A DNA stretch of 64,000 nucleotides from Desulfatiglandales bacterium (GCA_963667015.2 CAXXJJ010000004.1:3072001-3136000); one strand, 5' to 3'; counted from the stretch's first letter, positions 37,728 through 49,186 are shown. Numbers and translations: made by a program. The notes: generated from the letters alone by a model not told the origin.

Positions 37728-38492
37728 TTACTCATCTATACCTGATGTCCGACCCATGTTCCCGCGTCGCATCCCCTGCCCTTTTCCACCCTGTTTCTTC
37801 CGCCCGAACCATGGCCTGATCTCTCTGGCTTTAAAGCCGTCTTCACCGGTTCGGGTTCCGATCATTTTTATTTCAAGACCGGGGGCAGGTGACAGCCTGC
37901 CGCGCCACGCGGCATTATTTATGTCAACATTCCATTCCTTTCCGTCCAAATCCTCAAGCAGTATGACTCCTTCTCCGGGTGCACCAATAATTATTCCGGC
38001 AAGCAAACCCTTATCCGGCGACATCCAGACCATTCGGGCATGTGCCGTTACACCGCGGTAGAATGGCAGTTTTTCTTCAAATACGGTCTCCAGGCGTTCG
38101 GATAAACCGGTTGCATATATTCCCATCCCGCCTATGACAGAAAGGACCACGCTCAAGGCAACTACTGTTGCCGCCCGGTAACGATACCCTGTCTGTGTTC
38201 TTCTAAAGTAATAATAGGCAACAATGGAAAAACCTGCCAGAAACAAGCCCCAGAAATAGGGGATAAAGAGCAGGATAAATTCAAGTATACTGTGACGGTA
38301 ATGATGAAACAGTTCCCACTCGGTATTTTTAATCTGGAAAATAGCGACACTGGCTGCGATGCTCCCCAAAATAACCGAAAATATAAAGAGCCCCCAGACC
38401 GTAGAGCGCCTTAAAAGAAAGTATCCCTTTGCCCGGGGGACAATACCCTGTTCCCTTATTTTTTCAAGTGTGTCTTTGCTGATGTCGTTCAT
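37728..38492 (-). CDS. Membrane protein, probable anti-sigma factor
   Basis: Three TM helices, directly downstream of the ECF sigma. Confidence 0.55.
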   Translation of the reverse strand: MNDISKDTLEKIREQGIVPRAKGYFLLRRSTVWGLFIFSVILGSIAASVAIFQIKNTEWELFHHYRHSILEFILLFIPYFWGLFLAGFSIVAYYYFRRTQTGYRYRAATVVALSVVLSVIGGMGIYATGLSERLETVFEEKLPFYRGVTAHARMVWMSPDKGLLAGIIIGAPGEGVILLEDLDGKEWNVDINNAAWRGRLSPAPGLEIKMIGTRTGEDGFKAREIRPWFGRKKQGGKGQGMRRGNMGRTSGIDE

Positions 38493-38498
38493 GATATT

Positions 38499-39107
38499 TT
38501 ATATACTCTCCAGTTGATACCGTTCTGCTATTTTTTTAAATTTTTCCTTTGCCCGGTTTATTAATGTTGCAATACTGCCCGGAGGTTTTCGGAGGATATC
38601 GCTTATCTCTTCATAGCTCATTTCTTCAAAATATCGCAAAACAAGCACATCCCGGTACTTTGGCGGCAATTCTCCAAGGGCTGCCCTCACGGTGTTTGCC
38701 TTTTCTCTATCCAGATATTGAGATTCGACATTCAGTGTTCCGGTCAGGAAACCGGCAATGGAACGGGTCTCCTTCTCGTCAGCATCCAGCTCGACGGAAA
38801 GACGACTCTGCCTTTTTTTCCGGTACTGGCTGATGATCTCATTATGGGCAATCCGGTATACCCATGTTGAAAATTTCAGGTTTTGATCAAACCCGTTAAG
38901 ATTGCGATATACCTTGATAAAAATTTCCTGAAGAAGGTCCTCTGCCTCCTCCCGGCTTACCCGGGTCATCCGATGGATATAGCGAAGTAAAACAGGCTCA
39001 TACCGTTTCATCAGGGTATAAAAGGCGTTTTCCTGCTGAGGTGAACTCTTAACAAGCTCCTCGTCTGTCAGCTTTTCGCAGGCGCTATGTGGCAAAGGAT
39101 GGTTCAT
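38499..39107 (-). CDS. ECF sigma-70 factor
   Basis: AEDLLQEIFIK, FSTWVYRIAHN, LPPKYR..SYEEI. Confidence 0.9.
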   Translation of the reverse strand: MNHPLPHSACEKLTDEELVKSSPQQENAFYTLMKRYEPVLLRYIHRMTRVSREEAEDLLQEIFIKVYRNLNGFDQNLKFSTWVYRIAHNEIISQYRKKRQSRLSVELDADEKETRSIAGFLTGTLNVESQYLDREKANTVRAALGELPPKYRDVLVLRYFEEMSYEEISDILRKPPGSIATLINRAKEKFKKIAERYQLESI

Positions 39108-39407
39108 TGTCTGTATCAGGTCCGGGATTTCTCTACTCTATAATTTGAGGGGTTCATTGCAAATCTGTCGATTTTAATATCCATTCGTTTGCTGAAAATA
39201 TCATGCAGGGAATGAATATTTTTTTAATTTGAATATATGGAATTCCCGGTTGGTTTTCAACAGATAATATCTGCCTGATTAAAGCATTCATAGAAAATAT
39301 ACCTCATTGATACAGGCAGTGTTTAAAAAAGGGAAATCTTTCGGATTTTATTATTCCTAAAGTCATGATATGGTGCATCTAATTAAACGAAAGAAAGGAG
39401 TCTTTTA

Positions 39408-39794
39408 ATGTTGAAAACAACCTTGAAAACATTTTGTCCGATTATTATGGGCCTGTTGCTGGCAGTCTCTATATCTGCAGGTGCGGCTGAAGATGGGAAT
39501 CTTAATGATACAGTTGAACTTAAAAACGGGGATAAGATTACCGGAACTCTTTTAAATGATACGTTAACAGTCTCAACCGCTTATTCGGTGGTCACCCTGG
39601 ACAGGGATAAGATCTCGGAAATCAGCATTACTCCTGAAGGTAAAGATCATGATGTAATTGTCCTCAAAGCAGGCGGGTTAGTGGAAGGCACCATAGATGA
39701 GCTTGACTTTTCATTCAGGCCCGTCTCAGGTGAAGACATTTCACTCGAGAAGGAACAATGCATAAAGATCACCCTGAAGTGCGGAAAAGAGTAA
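39408..39794 (+). CDS. Secreted hypothetical protein
   Basis: Signal peptide; repeated D.V.LK.G..I.G motif. Confidence 0.65.
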   Translation: MLKTTLKTFCPIIMGLLLAVSISAGAAEDGNLNDTVELKNGDKITGTLLNDTLTVSTAYSVVTLDRDKISEISITPEGKDHDVIVLKAGGLVEGTIDELDFSFRPVSGEDISLEKEQCIKITLKCGKE

Positions 39795-40013
39795 TTAAAA
39801 CAAGCTGAGGCTGGTCAGGTTAAAGGCTGTCAGGAAAAGCAAAATAAACCTGATAGCCTTTGGCCTGAAATGCCTCAGTCTGCTATGGCTTCATCCTGCT
39901 TTCTCCTGAAATATCCTTGACATACAAAATATCCCTCAATATACTCAGGCACTTAACAGTCTATACATATAGACTGTTCATTCATTACCAACCAAATGAA
40001 GAAAGGGCCTCAC

Positions 40014-41972
40014 ATGGCACACCAGGATAAAAACCTTCCGGAAATCACCGTTAAAGCAGTAATACTCGGCATTCTTCTCTCGGTTATTCTTGCCGGAGCC
40101 AATGCATATCTGGGTCTGTTTGCAGGCATGACAGTTTCGGCATCAATACCTGCAGCAGTTCTTTCCATGGGTATACTGCGTCTGTTTAAAAGCTCAAATA
40201 TTCTTGAGAATAATATTGTCCAGACGGCTGCTTCAGCCGGTGAATCATTGGCAGCCGGAGTAATTTTTACCCTGCCGGCCCTTATTGTCATGCAATTCTG
40301 GACAACTTTCAATTACTGGGAGACCACTCTTATCGCAGGCCTCGGTGGAGTTATAGGTGTATTATTTACAGTGCCGTTGCGCCGCGCCCTTATCGTTGAA
40401 GAAAAGCTTCAGTTCCCCGAAGGGATTGCAACAGCGGAAGTTCTGCGCTCCGGAGATGCGGGTGGAAGCAGTGTCAAATATATTGCCCAGGCCGGGATTA
40501 TCGGAGCCCTTTTCAAGTTTGGAGAAACAGGCCTGCGAATATGGACTGGTTCTGTGGAAGCCGCCGCCCGTGTGGGAGGCTCCATTGCCTATTTTGGCTC
40601 AAATCTCTCACCGGCCCTGATTTCAGTAGGGTATATTGTCGGGATAAACATTTCAGTCCTTGTATTTATCGGCGGAGCCATGAACTGGCTGGTGGCCATA
40701 CCTGTCTATGCGGCATTTAATCCCTGGCCGGTTGTAAACGGTGATCCAATTGCAGCAGTGGACTGGGCCGGCCAGATCTGGTCGTCTCAGACAAGGTATC
40801 TGGGCGTTGGATCGATGGTTATTGGCGGATTATGGGCCTTGATTAATCTCAGATCTTCAATTATCAAAGGCATCAAATCCAGTATGAAGACCTACAAAAG
40901 CGGTGCGGCGTCCTCTATGAATGATATTGCCAGAACCGAAAGAGATACACCCATCAAGTGGATTGCTATTGCACTTCTTATCTCTATAATACCTATTTTC
41001 GGACTGTATGTTTACATCATCGGAAGTGCCGGACCTTCTATCCTTATGGCAGTAATAATGCTCATTGCAGGATTCCTTTTCTCGGCGGTAGCAGCCTATA
41101 TGGCCGGACTGGTAGGAAGTTCCAACAACCCGATTTCCGGGGTAACTATTGCAACGATTCTCTTTTCATCCCTTTTACTGCTGGCATTGTTAGGTACCGG
41201 CAGCGCCAAGGGCCCGGCGGCTGCGATCTTTATAGGAGCAGTAGTGGCATGTGCGGCAGCTATTGGCGGAGATAACCTGCAGGACCTTAAGGCAGGATAT
41301 CTCGTGGGCGCTACCCCCTGGAAACAGCAGGTCATGCAGGTAATAGGAGTGGTCACTGCAGCATTTGTGCTGGGTCCGGTACTTATTCTCATTGAAAATG
41401 CCTACGGGATTGGTATTCCAACCGAAGCACACCCTGATCCCCTTGCTGCCCCTCAGGCAACCCTGATGGCCTCGGTGGCTGACGGTGTGTTTAACTGGAA
41501 TCTTCCGTGGGGGATGATAATCATAGGAATGATCCTCGCCATTTGCGTTATTATCCTTGATAAAATCCAGGAAAAAAGAGGCTCCGGTTTCCGCCTGCCT
41601 GTTCTGGCAGTGGCAGTTGGTATTTACCTTCCCTTTGAATTATCAGTTCCTATCTTTGTTGGTGGAATCATTGCCTGGTTTGCCAAGCATGTTCTGAAAA
41701 AGCGGATTTCCGCCTCATCCCCCGGAGACAGGGAAAAACTTGAAGAGGCAGGCAAAGAGGGCGACAACCGCGGATTACTCTTTGCATCAGGCCTGATTAC
41801 CGGTGAAGCCCTTATCGGTATCCTGATGGCAATACCGATCGTGATATCAGGAAAGGCTGACGTGCTGGCCATTGTATCAAATCCCCTGGGCACCTGGCCG
41901 GGAATCATTTTGCTTATGCTGGTCGTGCTATGGCTCGGTAAAGTTGCCTTACCAGGGCAGAGTAAAGAATAA
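40014..41972 (+). CDS. OPT-family oligopeptide transporter
   Basis: ANAYLGL, ENNIVQT, FPEG, SNNPISG, QDLKAG, APQA. Confidence 0.92.
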   Translation: MAHQDKNLPEITVKAVILGILLSVILAGANAYLGLFAGMTVSASIPAAVLSMGILRLFKSSNILENNIVQTAASAGESLAAGVIFTLPALIVMQFWTTFNYWETTLIAGLGGVIGVLFTVPLRRALIVEEKLQFPEGIATAEVLRSGDAGGSSVKYIAQAGIIGALFKFGETGLRIWTGSVEAAARVGGSIAYFGSNLSPALISVGYIVGINISVLVFIGGAMNWLVAIPVYAAFNPWPVVNGDPIAAVDWAGQIWSSQTRYLGVGSMVIGGLWALINLRSSIIKGIKSSMKTYKSGAASSMNDIARTERDTPIKWIAIALLISIIPIFGLYVYIIGSAGPSILMAVIMLIAGFLFSAVAAYMAGLVGSSNNPISGVTIATILFSSLLLLALLGTGSAKGPAAAIFIGAVVACAAAIGGDNLQDLKAGYLVGATPWKQQVMQVIGVVTAAFVLGPVLILIENAYGIGIPTEAHPDPLAAPQATLMASVADGVFNWNLPWGMIIIGMILAICVIILDKIQEKRGSGFRLPVLAVAVGIYLPFELSVPIFVGGIIAWFAKHVLKKRISASSPGDREKLEEAGKEGDNRGLLFASGLITGEALIGILMAIPIVISGKADVLAIVSNPLGTWPGIILLMLVVLWLGKVALPGQSKE

Positions 41973-41992
41973 AACTGACTCTAGAGCCAGTT

Positions 41993-44900
41993 TTATTCTA
42001 TTGTCCAGATACAATCCCCGGTAACCTTTATCCAGTAGCCTTTACCAGGTTCGATAATTTCCAGATCGCTGAAAGACGGATGATCAGGATCGAATATCGT
42101 CCAGATACCATCATCATAGGTCCATACGCTCACCAGATTAGACAATACTGAAGCAACACCATCCGCTGCATTCATGGTCACATCGGAATTAAACCCGACA
42201 AGGTTCCAGCCGGTTGACAGCTCTACAGGACCGGAGTACGGGGCTCCTGAAAATATAACCTCTGCAGCGTCATTCATATGAAGCCAGTAGCCTGCTCCCG
42301 GCACCATGTTCATAAGATCACTGGCAGCAGGCTGCACCGGATCATATACCTTCCATATCCCGTCATCATAGGCCCATAAACTTATCAGGGAGGATGATAT
42401 CGACTCAACCACATTCTCGACAGCGCTGTTTTCCGGCTGCCTGTTCAGGGAAACAAGTTTCCAGTATGTATTATCAACGGATGTTCCGTCATCCGGTATC
42501 AGTCGAATATCATCCAGGGTGAACATGGACAATGCATTACCGCTGTTATTAACAAAATTCAAACGTTTGATACTGGCCGGATTACCTAGTTGCTCCATGG
42601 ACACAGTGATCTGAGTCCATGTGTCTGCCAGTGCAGTTACTGCCACTCTATTGCTGCTTTGACTGCTTTCATTCTCCGTAAAAAAATCAATGTTCTTATC
42701 ATTGCTCCCACCGTGTATCCAGAAACTTATTTTTTTATAACCATAGGTATCGATAAAACCGGAACCTCCGGAAAAGGCCGGTGAAAAACCTCCCCAGGCA
42801 TTGAGTGTAACATTCACGCTTCTGTCCCCTTCATGAACAGGGGATGTGCCTGAAAAATCAAATGATCCGCTCCAGCTCCAGTTCTGCCAGTTTTCACCCA
42901 GTGCATCACCATAGATTACCACTTCCTGGGATGTGTTTGACCGAAACAGGGCGGAAACAGCTCTGTCAGCCCCCATGGAAACCTCGCAGTCCCCTGTTCC
43001 GGAGCAGGAGCCGCTCCACCCAATAAAGGTCGAGTCCGATTCTGCAACAGCAGTAAGGGTAATTCCTGTGCCGCTAAGGTACTGTTCATTGCAGTCATCG
43101 CCGCAGCTGATACCGGAAGGTATTGATGTTACAGTGCCGTCACCGCTGCCTTCCTTGACTACATTGAGTTCGTGTGTGAGGCCCTCGGGTTCAAACCTGG
43201 CTGTAACTGCACGATTTATATTCATACTTATATTACAGACAGGATCGGATCCGAAACATGCCCCATCCCAGTTTTTAAATACCGATCCGTTGTCAGCCGC
43301 AGCAGTAAGGGTAACTGCCGTTCCGCTTGAAAAAGATTCACTGCAGTCAGCCCCGCAGTCGATTCCCGATGGAGATGACGTTACAGTTCCGCTGCCGCCT
43401 GCAATCCCTTCAACCGAAACCGAAAGGATCGGATTTGCCGGATCGGGAGTATCCGAGAGACTGTAAAGATACCCGTATAATGCGACCTTTCCCTTCATGG
43501 TCTGACGGGGGGTATATTCCGTATGTGAAAAAACCCAGCGGGAGGGGAAATAGGTTTCGCCTACCGGCCAGGTGCTTACTACATTTCCCGGATAGCTGTT
43601 TTCATATAGTTTGGACGGCATTGCCATCGTCATTCCCTGCCACCAGTCAGTGAGATTCATATATGGAGTATGGCCGGGATGCACACCGGGAACACCGTCA
43701 TATCTCCCGGATGTACAGGCTTCGGGTACGCTGCGTTTTGTCTCCAGTGATGTTGTGGCAGTGGTCATTTCAATCATATTCAGCGGGTTTCTGCCAAGGC
43801 CCCAACTGGCTTCCAGGTTAAGGGCCTTCAGGAAGTAATTTATATCATCCTGGCTGTCTGCAACAGTATGGGCCACTATGGATCGGCCCACAAAATGCGC
43901 CGTGCGCCAGTATGAAGGAGGATTGTATGTTGTTCGCCTGGAGGGTCTGGTATTCATCAGATCGGCCTCCCTGCTTTTGGCCTCGCTGATAATCTGAGCC
44001 TTCATATTACTATAAAGGGTTGTGTAGTGAACCGCCTGCGGTGTAATCAGGTATGCGGCTGTGGCATATAACTGATTAATCCCGTCACTGCCGCTGTTAA
44101 AATACTGGATAGCTGATGGGCTGCCTGCGCACACACTTTCGCTGTTAATAACATCTTCATATCCGGTTGTACCGGTCACATTGTATAGAAAGGCCGCGGC
44201 CATCATTTTCAGATCACGCCCTCTGAGATGACCTTCATCAAAATACAGCATATCATCAAGCATCTGATCAGAAAGTCCTGAAGCATGGTTGTATGCCTCA
44301 ATTGCAGCATCCCTGTAATAATTCATAAGGGATGTCAGCCCTGCTATCCGGAATGAATCGGCAAGCATAGCAGCGTTAGCAGCACTGGCCCAGGCAGCCA
44401 GGGCGGTTGGCGCCGCCTGAAAGAGCTCGTTGCTGCTGTTCGGGTTGGTCAGACCATGAGAATATCCATCGCCATCACGCAGGCGCAGCCAGAAATCAAC
44501 CTCGTTCCGGGCTTCATCAATTATATCCGGAATGCCGTTTCCACTTTCTGTAATTCCCAGGTCATCATCATCTATGGCGCCATTGCTCATTAAGTATGGC
44601 AGCAGCATATCATAAATATTAATTACATGCCCAAGGTGCCTGTCCCAGTCAGCGGCATCCGAATGTCCGCCCCAGGCATCCGGATTTAAAGGACTTCCAC
44701 TCTTTTTGTAGGGTATCCATGCGTCGGGCCTGTCCCATTTATCTCCATCGGCAAAGGTCTCCCAGTCAGAGTGGAACGGATGCATGGTTGTAAGGTAAAC
44801 CTTTGTTGTGGAAGGACTTACCCCTGGAATATACAGTGGTGTTCGCGGTGGCGGTGAAATATTTTTCGGATTGCTTTCACCTATGCGCATATAAAAATAG

Positions 44901-45778
44901 CCAAGAAGAGAGACCTGAAAAGGGTCATGATATGCGCCTTCTACAATCCTGAAATCCTGACTGCACCCCACACCATCGACAACAAGCCGGTAAATACCCG
45001 GCGTGAAGGCACTTGAAAAATCTATCTTCCAGACATCTGATCCTGTCAGGTTATAACCATGCACGTCACTCCCTTCCTGCTTCCAGAACTCTACTATACC
45101 TGCCTGGATATATGTACCCGCCTCAACATTATACAGGTACACTGCATTACCCTCAAATGCAGAATAGTTTCGGGAGCCGCCGCTTCCCATCCAGTGGTAA
45201 AGATCCGCTCCCTTGTGGGTTGCACCGGGAGTATATCCTGTCAGATTGATATGAACAGCCTCTGACACGCTATGAAAAGGATTAAATGTAAATTCGACAA
45301 TTTGAGTGTCACTGTTAACATCAGTTCCTATAGCCAGCTGATAGGTATTATCCTGCTGCAGGGAATCGGGCAGCTCGAGATAAATCCAGTGCTCATAGGT
45401 ATATTCATATCTGTAGTCGTTGTTAACCCACTCCATCTCACCGTGCCCGCTTAATTTTTTCTTTCGAAAACAGCTGACAGGGTTCCTGCCGGATGCCCCA
45501 TAGTTTGAATCATCAACAGAAGTAATGGTCCAGCTGGAGTTTTGTACAGTAGCGGTTGTATTCAATTCAGGTGTATAGCGTAATACCTGCTCAGTTTTGT
45601 TGATTTCATCCAGATGGATAATATCTCCATCCGAGATATTCACGATAAGATAATCACGGTCAAGTACACTCACATTAATGAGTTTTGCTGCCTGAGATTC
45701 AGAAACTGTAATGCCGGACAATGCCATTAAAGCCATCAGAAAAATTTTTATCAGACTATTGAATTTTATAGACCTCAT
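41993..45778 (-). CDS. Secreted GH9-like glycoside hydrolase with InlB-B-like repeats, a CBM-like domain and C-terminal repeats
   Basis: GGHSDAADWD, GIPDIIDEARNEVDFWL, LGRNPLN, HTEYT; two G.GTVTS.P.GI.CG repeats. Confidence 0.75.
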   Translation of the reverse strand: MRSIKFNSLIKIFLMALMALSGITVSESQAAKLINVSVLDRDYLIVNISDGDIIHLDEINKTEQVLRYTPELNTTATVQNSSWTITSVDDSNYGASGRNPVSCFRKKKLSGHGEMEWVNNDYRYEYTYEHWIYLELPDSLQQDNTYQLAIGTDVNSDTQIVEFTFNPFHSVSEAVHINLTGYTPGATHKGADLYHWMGSGGSRNYSAFEGNAVYLYNVEAGTYIQAGIVEFWKQEGSDVHGYNLTGSDVWKIDFSSAFTPGIYRLVVDGVGCSQDFRIVEGAYHDPFQVSLLGYFYMRIGESNPKNISPPPRTPLYIPGVSPSTTKVYLTTMHPFHSDWETFADGDKWDRPDAWIPYKKSGSPLNPDAWGGHSDAADWDRHLGHVINIYDMLLPYLMSNGAIDDDDLGITESGNGIPDIIDEARNEVDFWLRLRDGDGYSHGLTNPNSSNELFQAAPTALAAWASAANAAMLADSFRIAGLTSLMNYYRDAAIEAYNHASGLSDQMLDDMLYFDEGHLRGRDLKMMAAAFLYNVTGTTGYEDVINSESVCAGSPSAIQYFNSGSDGINQLYATAAYLITPQAVHYTTLYSNMKAQIISEAKSREADLMNTRPSRRTTYNPPSYWRTAHFVGRSIVAHTVADSQDDINYFLKALNLEASWGLGRNPLNMIEMTTATTSLETKRSVPEACTSGRYDGVPGVHPGHTPYMNLTDWWQGMTMAMPSKLYENSYPGNVVSTWPVGETYFPSRWVFSHTEYTPRQTMKGKVALYGYLYSLSDTPDPANPILSVSVEGIAGGSGTVTSSPSGIDCGADCSESFSSGTAVTLTAAADNGSVFKNWDGACFGSDPVCNISMNINRAVTARFEPEGLTHELNVVKEGSGDGTVTSIPSGISCGDDCNEQYLSGTGITLTAVAESDSTFIGWSGSCSGTGDCEVSMGADRAVSALFRSNTSQEVVIYGDALGENWQNWSWSGSFDFSGTSPVHEGDRSVNVTLNAWGGFSPAFSGGSGFIDTYGYKKISFWIHGGSNDKNIDFFTENESSQSSNRVAVTALADTWTQITVSMEQLGNPASIKRLNFVNNSGNALSMFTLDDIRLIPDDGTSVDNTYWKLVSLNRQPENSAVENVVESISSSLISLWAYDDGIWKVYDPVQPAASDLMNMVPGAGYWLHMNDAAEVIFSGAPYSGPVELSTGWNLVGFNSDVTMNAADGVASVLSNLVSVWTYDDGIWTIFDPDHPSFSDLEIIEPGKGYWIKVTGDCIWTIE

Positions 45779-45876
45779 AAATTCTCCTTTGGAAAACTTC
45801 TTTATATTTTTATAGCTGTCTTTTAATCGTGTGAACGAAGAATGTTTATGGAAAATGATTTTTTATAGATATACTC

Positions 45877-45892
45877 AGCAATAAAAATGCCA
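45877..45892 (-). promoter_or_regulatory. Sigma-54 promoter
   Basis: TGGCAT-N5-TTGCT upstream of the GH9 gene. Confidence 0.65.
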
Positions 45893-46189
45893 TTTGTGCA
45901 GGGATTCGACTTATTTCGAAATACCGCTTAAATAACAGTGAGTTGAAACATCAGGCTGCATTTATCAATAATAATACATAAAAAAATATGTCTTAAAAAC
46001 CATACATTTAGATTAATTATTACGAAAAAGATCAGGACGTGTTTTTTATCTTTACCTTGCTTTAAGACTGAAAGAAACCTGCAGAGACAGGAAATAAGGA
46101 AGTTCATCAGGGATATGGATAATGGACATAACAGTCCGGCAGAAACGGATAAGTGACAAACCGGAAACAAGGGACAAGAAACTGTTTTT

Positions 46190-46435
46190 TCAGTTTCCCT
46201 TGAGCGTCTGAAAGACACTCACCTCATCACCTTCAGCAAGAACCTTATCTCTGTTTACAAATTTGTTATTGACTAAAAATTTTGTCTTCTGGCTGTTAAA
46301 ATGAAGGTTCTTGTGTTTCTGATCAAGAATCCGGGTAAGTTGATCGATTGTAGTTCCTTCTTCTACATCCACAAGATCATGATCCAGCCTTGCCAGCATC
46401 CTGATCAAACTTGAAAATTTTACTGTGATCTCCAT
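46190..46435 (-). CDS. MoaD/ThiS-like ubiquitin-fold protein
   Basis: ITVKF, LVN, LAEGDEVSVF; lacks the terminal GG. Confidence 0.7.
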   Translation of the reverse strand: MEITVKFSSLIRMLARLDHDLVDVEEGTTIDQLTRILDQKHKNLHFNSQKTKFLVNNKFVNRDKVLAEGDEVSVFQTLKGN

Positions 46436-46964
46436 AGATACCTGCCTTTAATGATACCCTGAAATCTGTCAGATATCAGGGAAGCCCTCAAATAAATAAT
46501 TATATTGTCATCGTTACTATTTGATTATTAAAAACAAATTCTACTCTATCTAATTTATTATATCGGTTCCCACGGAGGAGAACATGAATAATATCGTTTT
46601 CAATACTTACAGGGAGAGATCAGGTATCAGTGAACAGTCAGCCGGAATTAACAGGAAATAATCGATCAGCACATGATAAAAACCAATCAGGCAAAAGCCG
46701 GAAGCGTTTATATCTCGATGAGGCGAACGCGTGAAAGCAACTCAGCCTAACTGTTTAATTATACTTAAAATGATTCAAAATTCAATATTCAAAATTAATG
46801 ACAGGTAAACAGGATTTACGATTCATCGTGGAATGGAATCTTAACCCCTGAGGGTAAACTTAAAATCAGGGCAGAGAGTTTTTATTGACACGTGGAATTA
46901 TGATTTGTATATATTTTGTTTCAACAATCAATTCCAAAACCATATAAAAATAAAGGGACACACA

Positions 46965-47471
46965 ATGGATAAACACTTCATCCGGAATCTGATAAGCGGA
47001 ATTTTTCTACTCTTTATAATCTCCTGCAGTGTTTCAGAAATGAGTGAAACCGCTGCTCCTGAGGCACCTTCAGCCCCTAAACCGGGAGACTGCGCTTCCT
47101 GTCATGAAGGGAAAAAGGTCATACCCGAAAAGCATCCTGATACAAAGGCTATGACCGGCAAGCAGTGTAGTATGTGCCATAAAACGGGCGCAATGAATCT
47201 CACCAATAAGATCCCTCTGAGCCATATGCATAAACTGGCGGGCATATCATGCGAAGAATGCCATGAAGACCCTGCTTCTGCTAAACCTGCTGGCGAAGCA
47301 GTGTGTAAAAAGTGTCATAATGATATGAAGGCGTTATACAATGCGACCAGTGAAGTAGAGCTGAATCCCCATTTTTCACCCCACGAGGGAAAGATCTCCG
47401 ATTGTAACCGCTGCCATCATCAGCATAAAAATTCGGAAAATTATTGCAGGCAATGCCATAAAAAGGAATAG
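46965..47471 (+). CDS. Hexaheme cytochrome c lipoprotein
   Basis: Six CxxCH motifs; lipobox IISC. Confidence 0.88.
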   Translation: MDKHFIRNLISGIFLLFIISCSVSEMSETAAPEAPSAPKPGDCASCHEGKKVIPEKHPDTKAMTGKQCSMCHKTGAMNLTNKIPLSHMHKLAGISCEECHEDPASAKPAGEAVCKKCHNDMKALYNATSEVELNPHFSPHEGKISDCNRCHHQHKNSENYCRQCHKKE

Positions 47472-47619
47472 ACAGGCATCTGATATATTTAAATTAGAAA
47501 AATACACTCGCCCATAGAACTGATTGGAAAGTTAACCTTTTCCTTTCCTTTAGCCACAGACTGAACCGCTTCAGCCTGTGGCTATTTCATTTTATCAGAG
47601 ACCTGTAATTAAAGAATCG

Positions 47620-48648
47620 TTAGTATTCTTTGAGATGATCTGCCAGCAGGCCTATCGAAAGGGCATATTTAAAGGCCGGATTAAACCGCATTATCGAACA
47701 AAAATCACTGTAAACGATATATCCTTTATTATCGCCCGGATCTCCTGATATAAGGGTTGCGGGTATTGATCGTGCAGGAAGATCTGAACCATTCAGCCTT
47801 CTTATACCCAGTGCCTGCCACTCCTGCAAATCTCTCCATACCTTGAGATCCCCATATCTTTCACACTGCTCAACAGGAGCAAGGTCATTGGATTTTTTGG
47901 CAAACAGGTCCTCTTCAGGTATATCCGGCAATATTACCGGGCGTCCCCATGTCTGATGATCCTTCCATCCAAAGGAAGATAAATAGTTGGCAATGGAGGC
48001 AAACACATCTGCTTCGGTTTCCCATATATCACATTTTCCGTCCTTATCGTAATCCACGGCATATTTAAGATAATTCTCCGGCATAAACTGACACTGCCCC
48101 ATCGCGCCTGCCCATGAACTCTTCATTTTTTCATATGGCGCAAGACCTTTATCCAGGATTGTCAGGGCATCAAAAAATTGCGCTCGAAAAAAATCCGCCC
48201 TTCGTTTATCATACGCAAGTGTTGCCAGGGCACTGAAAATAGACTCCTTTAAGGGAATAGTGCCGTAATTGGTTTCCATACCCCATATTGCAACAATAAA
48301 TCTTGGCTGCACACCATATTCAAGGGCTATTTTTTTTAACAGTTCTTCATGTTTTTTTATCTGTTTTTTTCCGTTTACTATTCTCCATGTGGTAACCCGC
48401 CTGTTCACATACATCGCATATGATTCTATAACTTCCGCCTGATTGCGATCCTTGTTAACAATACTTTTCACCGGTTCCCTGATTTCAGAAAAGGCTGCAT
48501 TAATGGTTTCTCTGCTGAAACCCCTGTTGAGGGCTTCCTCCTTTAGTTCATTAAGCCATTTATTGAATGGTTCTTCTTCCTGTGAGTATAAGGAGGATTG
48601 AAAGGCAAGTATACTAAAGATAATAATTCCAACCAGATTCTTTTTCAT
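47620..48648 (-). CDS. Lytic murein transglycosylase (MltB-like)
   Basis: WGMETNYG, SWAGAMGQCQFMP, ASIANYL. Confidence 0.9.
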   Translation of the reverse strand: MKKNLVGIIIFSILAFQSSLYSQEEEPFNKWLNELKEEALNRGFSRETINAAFSEIREPVKSIVNKDRNQAEVIESYAMYVNRRVTTWRIVNGKKQIKKHEELLKKIALEYGVQPRFIVAIWGMETNYGTIPLKESIFSALATLAYDKRRADFFRAQFFDALTILDKGLAPYEKMKSSWAGAMGQCQFMPENYLKYAVDYDKDGKCDIWETEADVFASIANYLSSFGWKDHQTWGRPVILPDIPEEDLFAKKSNDLAPVEQCERYGDLKVWRDLQEWQALGIRRLNGSDLPARSIPATLISGDPGDNKGYIVYSDFCSIMRFNPAFKYALSIGLLADHLKEY

Positions 48649-48813
48649 ATTTATCCTGACAGGCATGTTGAGTTGATGTTTAAACATTCTGAGTTTACTG
48701 CTTTTTACAGTCGATTATTTGAATTACCGGCCATATATTCGGTGTTTTTCGATATTGTATCCGAATCATTTACCGTTTGCAATACAGGTTAAAGTCAGAT
48801 AGATAGACAATAA

Positions 48814-48990
48814 TTAAAGAGGATTTGCAACCCTGAGAAAAAGAGCTGAACCTGCAACAAGTACTACAATACCAATAAAAGAGCTTAGTATAATTACCTT
48901 TATAAATGGCTCGCGAACTTCAGCCAGGTCTATCTTTGCAACAATTCCAGGCCCCATCTCCTTCACAGGTTCACATTCGTAAGTATACAT
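48814..48990 (-). pseudogene. Fragment of a membrane sensor (Cache-TM junction)
   Basis: EPVKEMGPGIVAKIDLAEVREPF plus a TM helix, then stop. Confidence 0.4.
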
Positions 48991-49186
48991 ATCCCGGATT
49001 CAACATACAAGCCTCAAGATTCAAGATCGGAGATTTGAGCAGATGTTCCCGACTTAATTTTAGGTAATTTATGGTGAACTTCTGTAACAAAATTATTGCA
49101 GTTGCAAAAAGTCATGTGTAGACTTTACCGGCTATTGAGTTTTATTTTTTCTTTAAATCCATAAACATCTGTAAGCGGAGTATTTC

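Noticed and set aside
46570..46860. 25-codon ORF with strong RBS, or a structured RNA
   Set aside because: No recognisable motif or riboswitch consensus.
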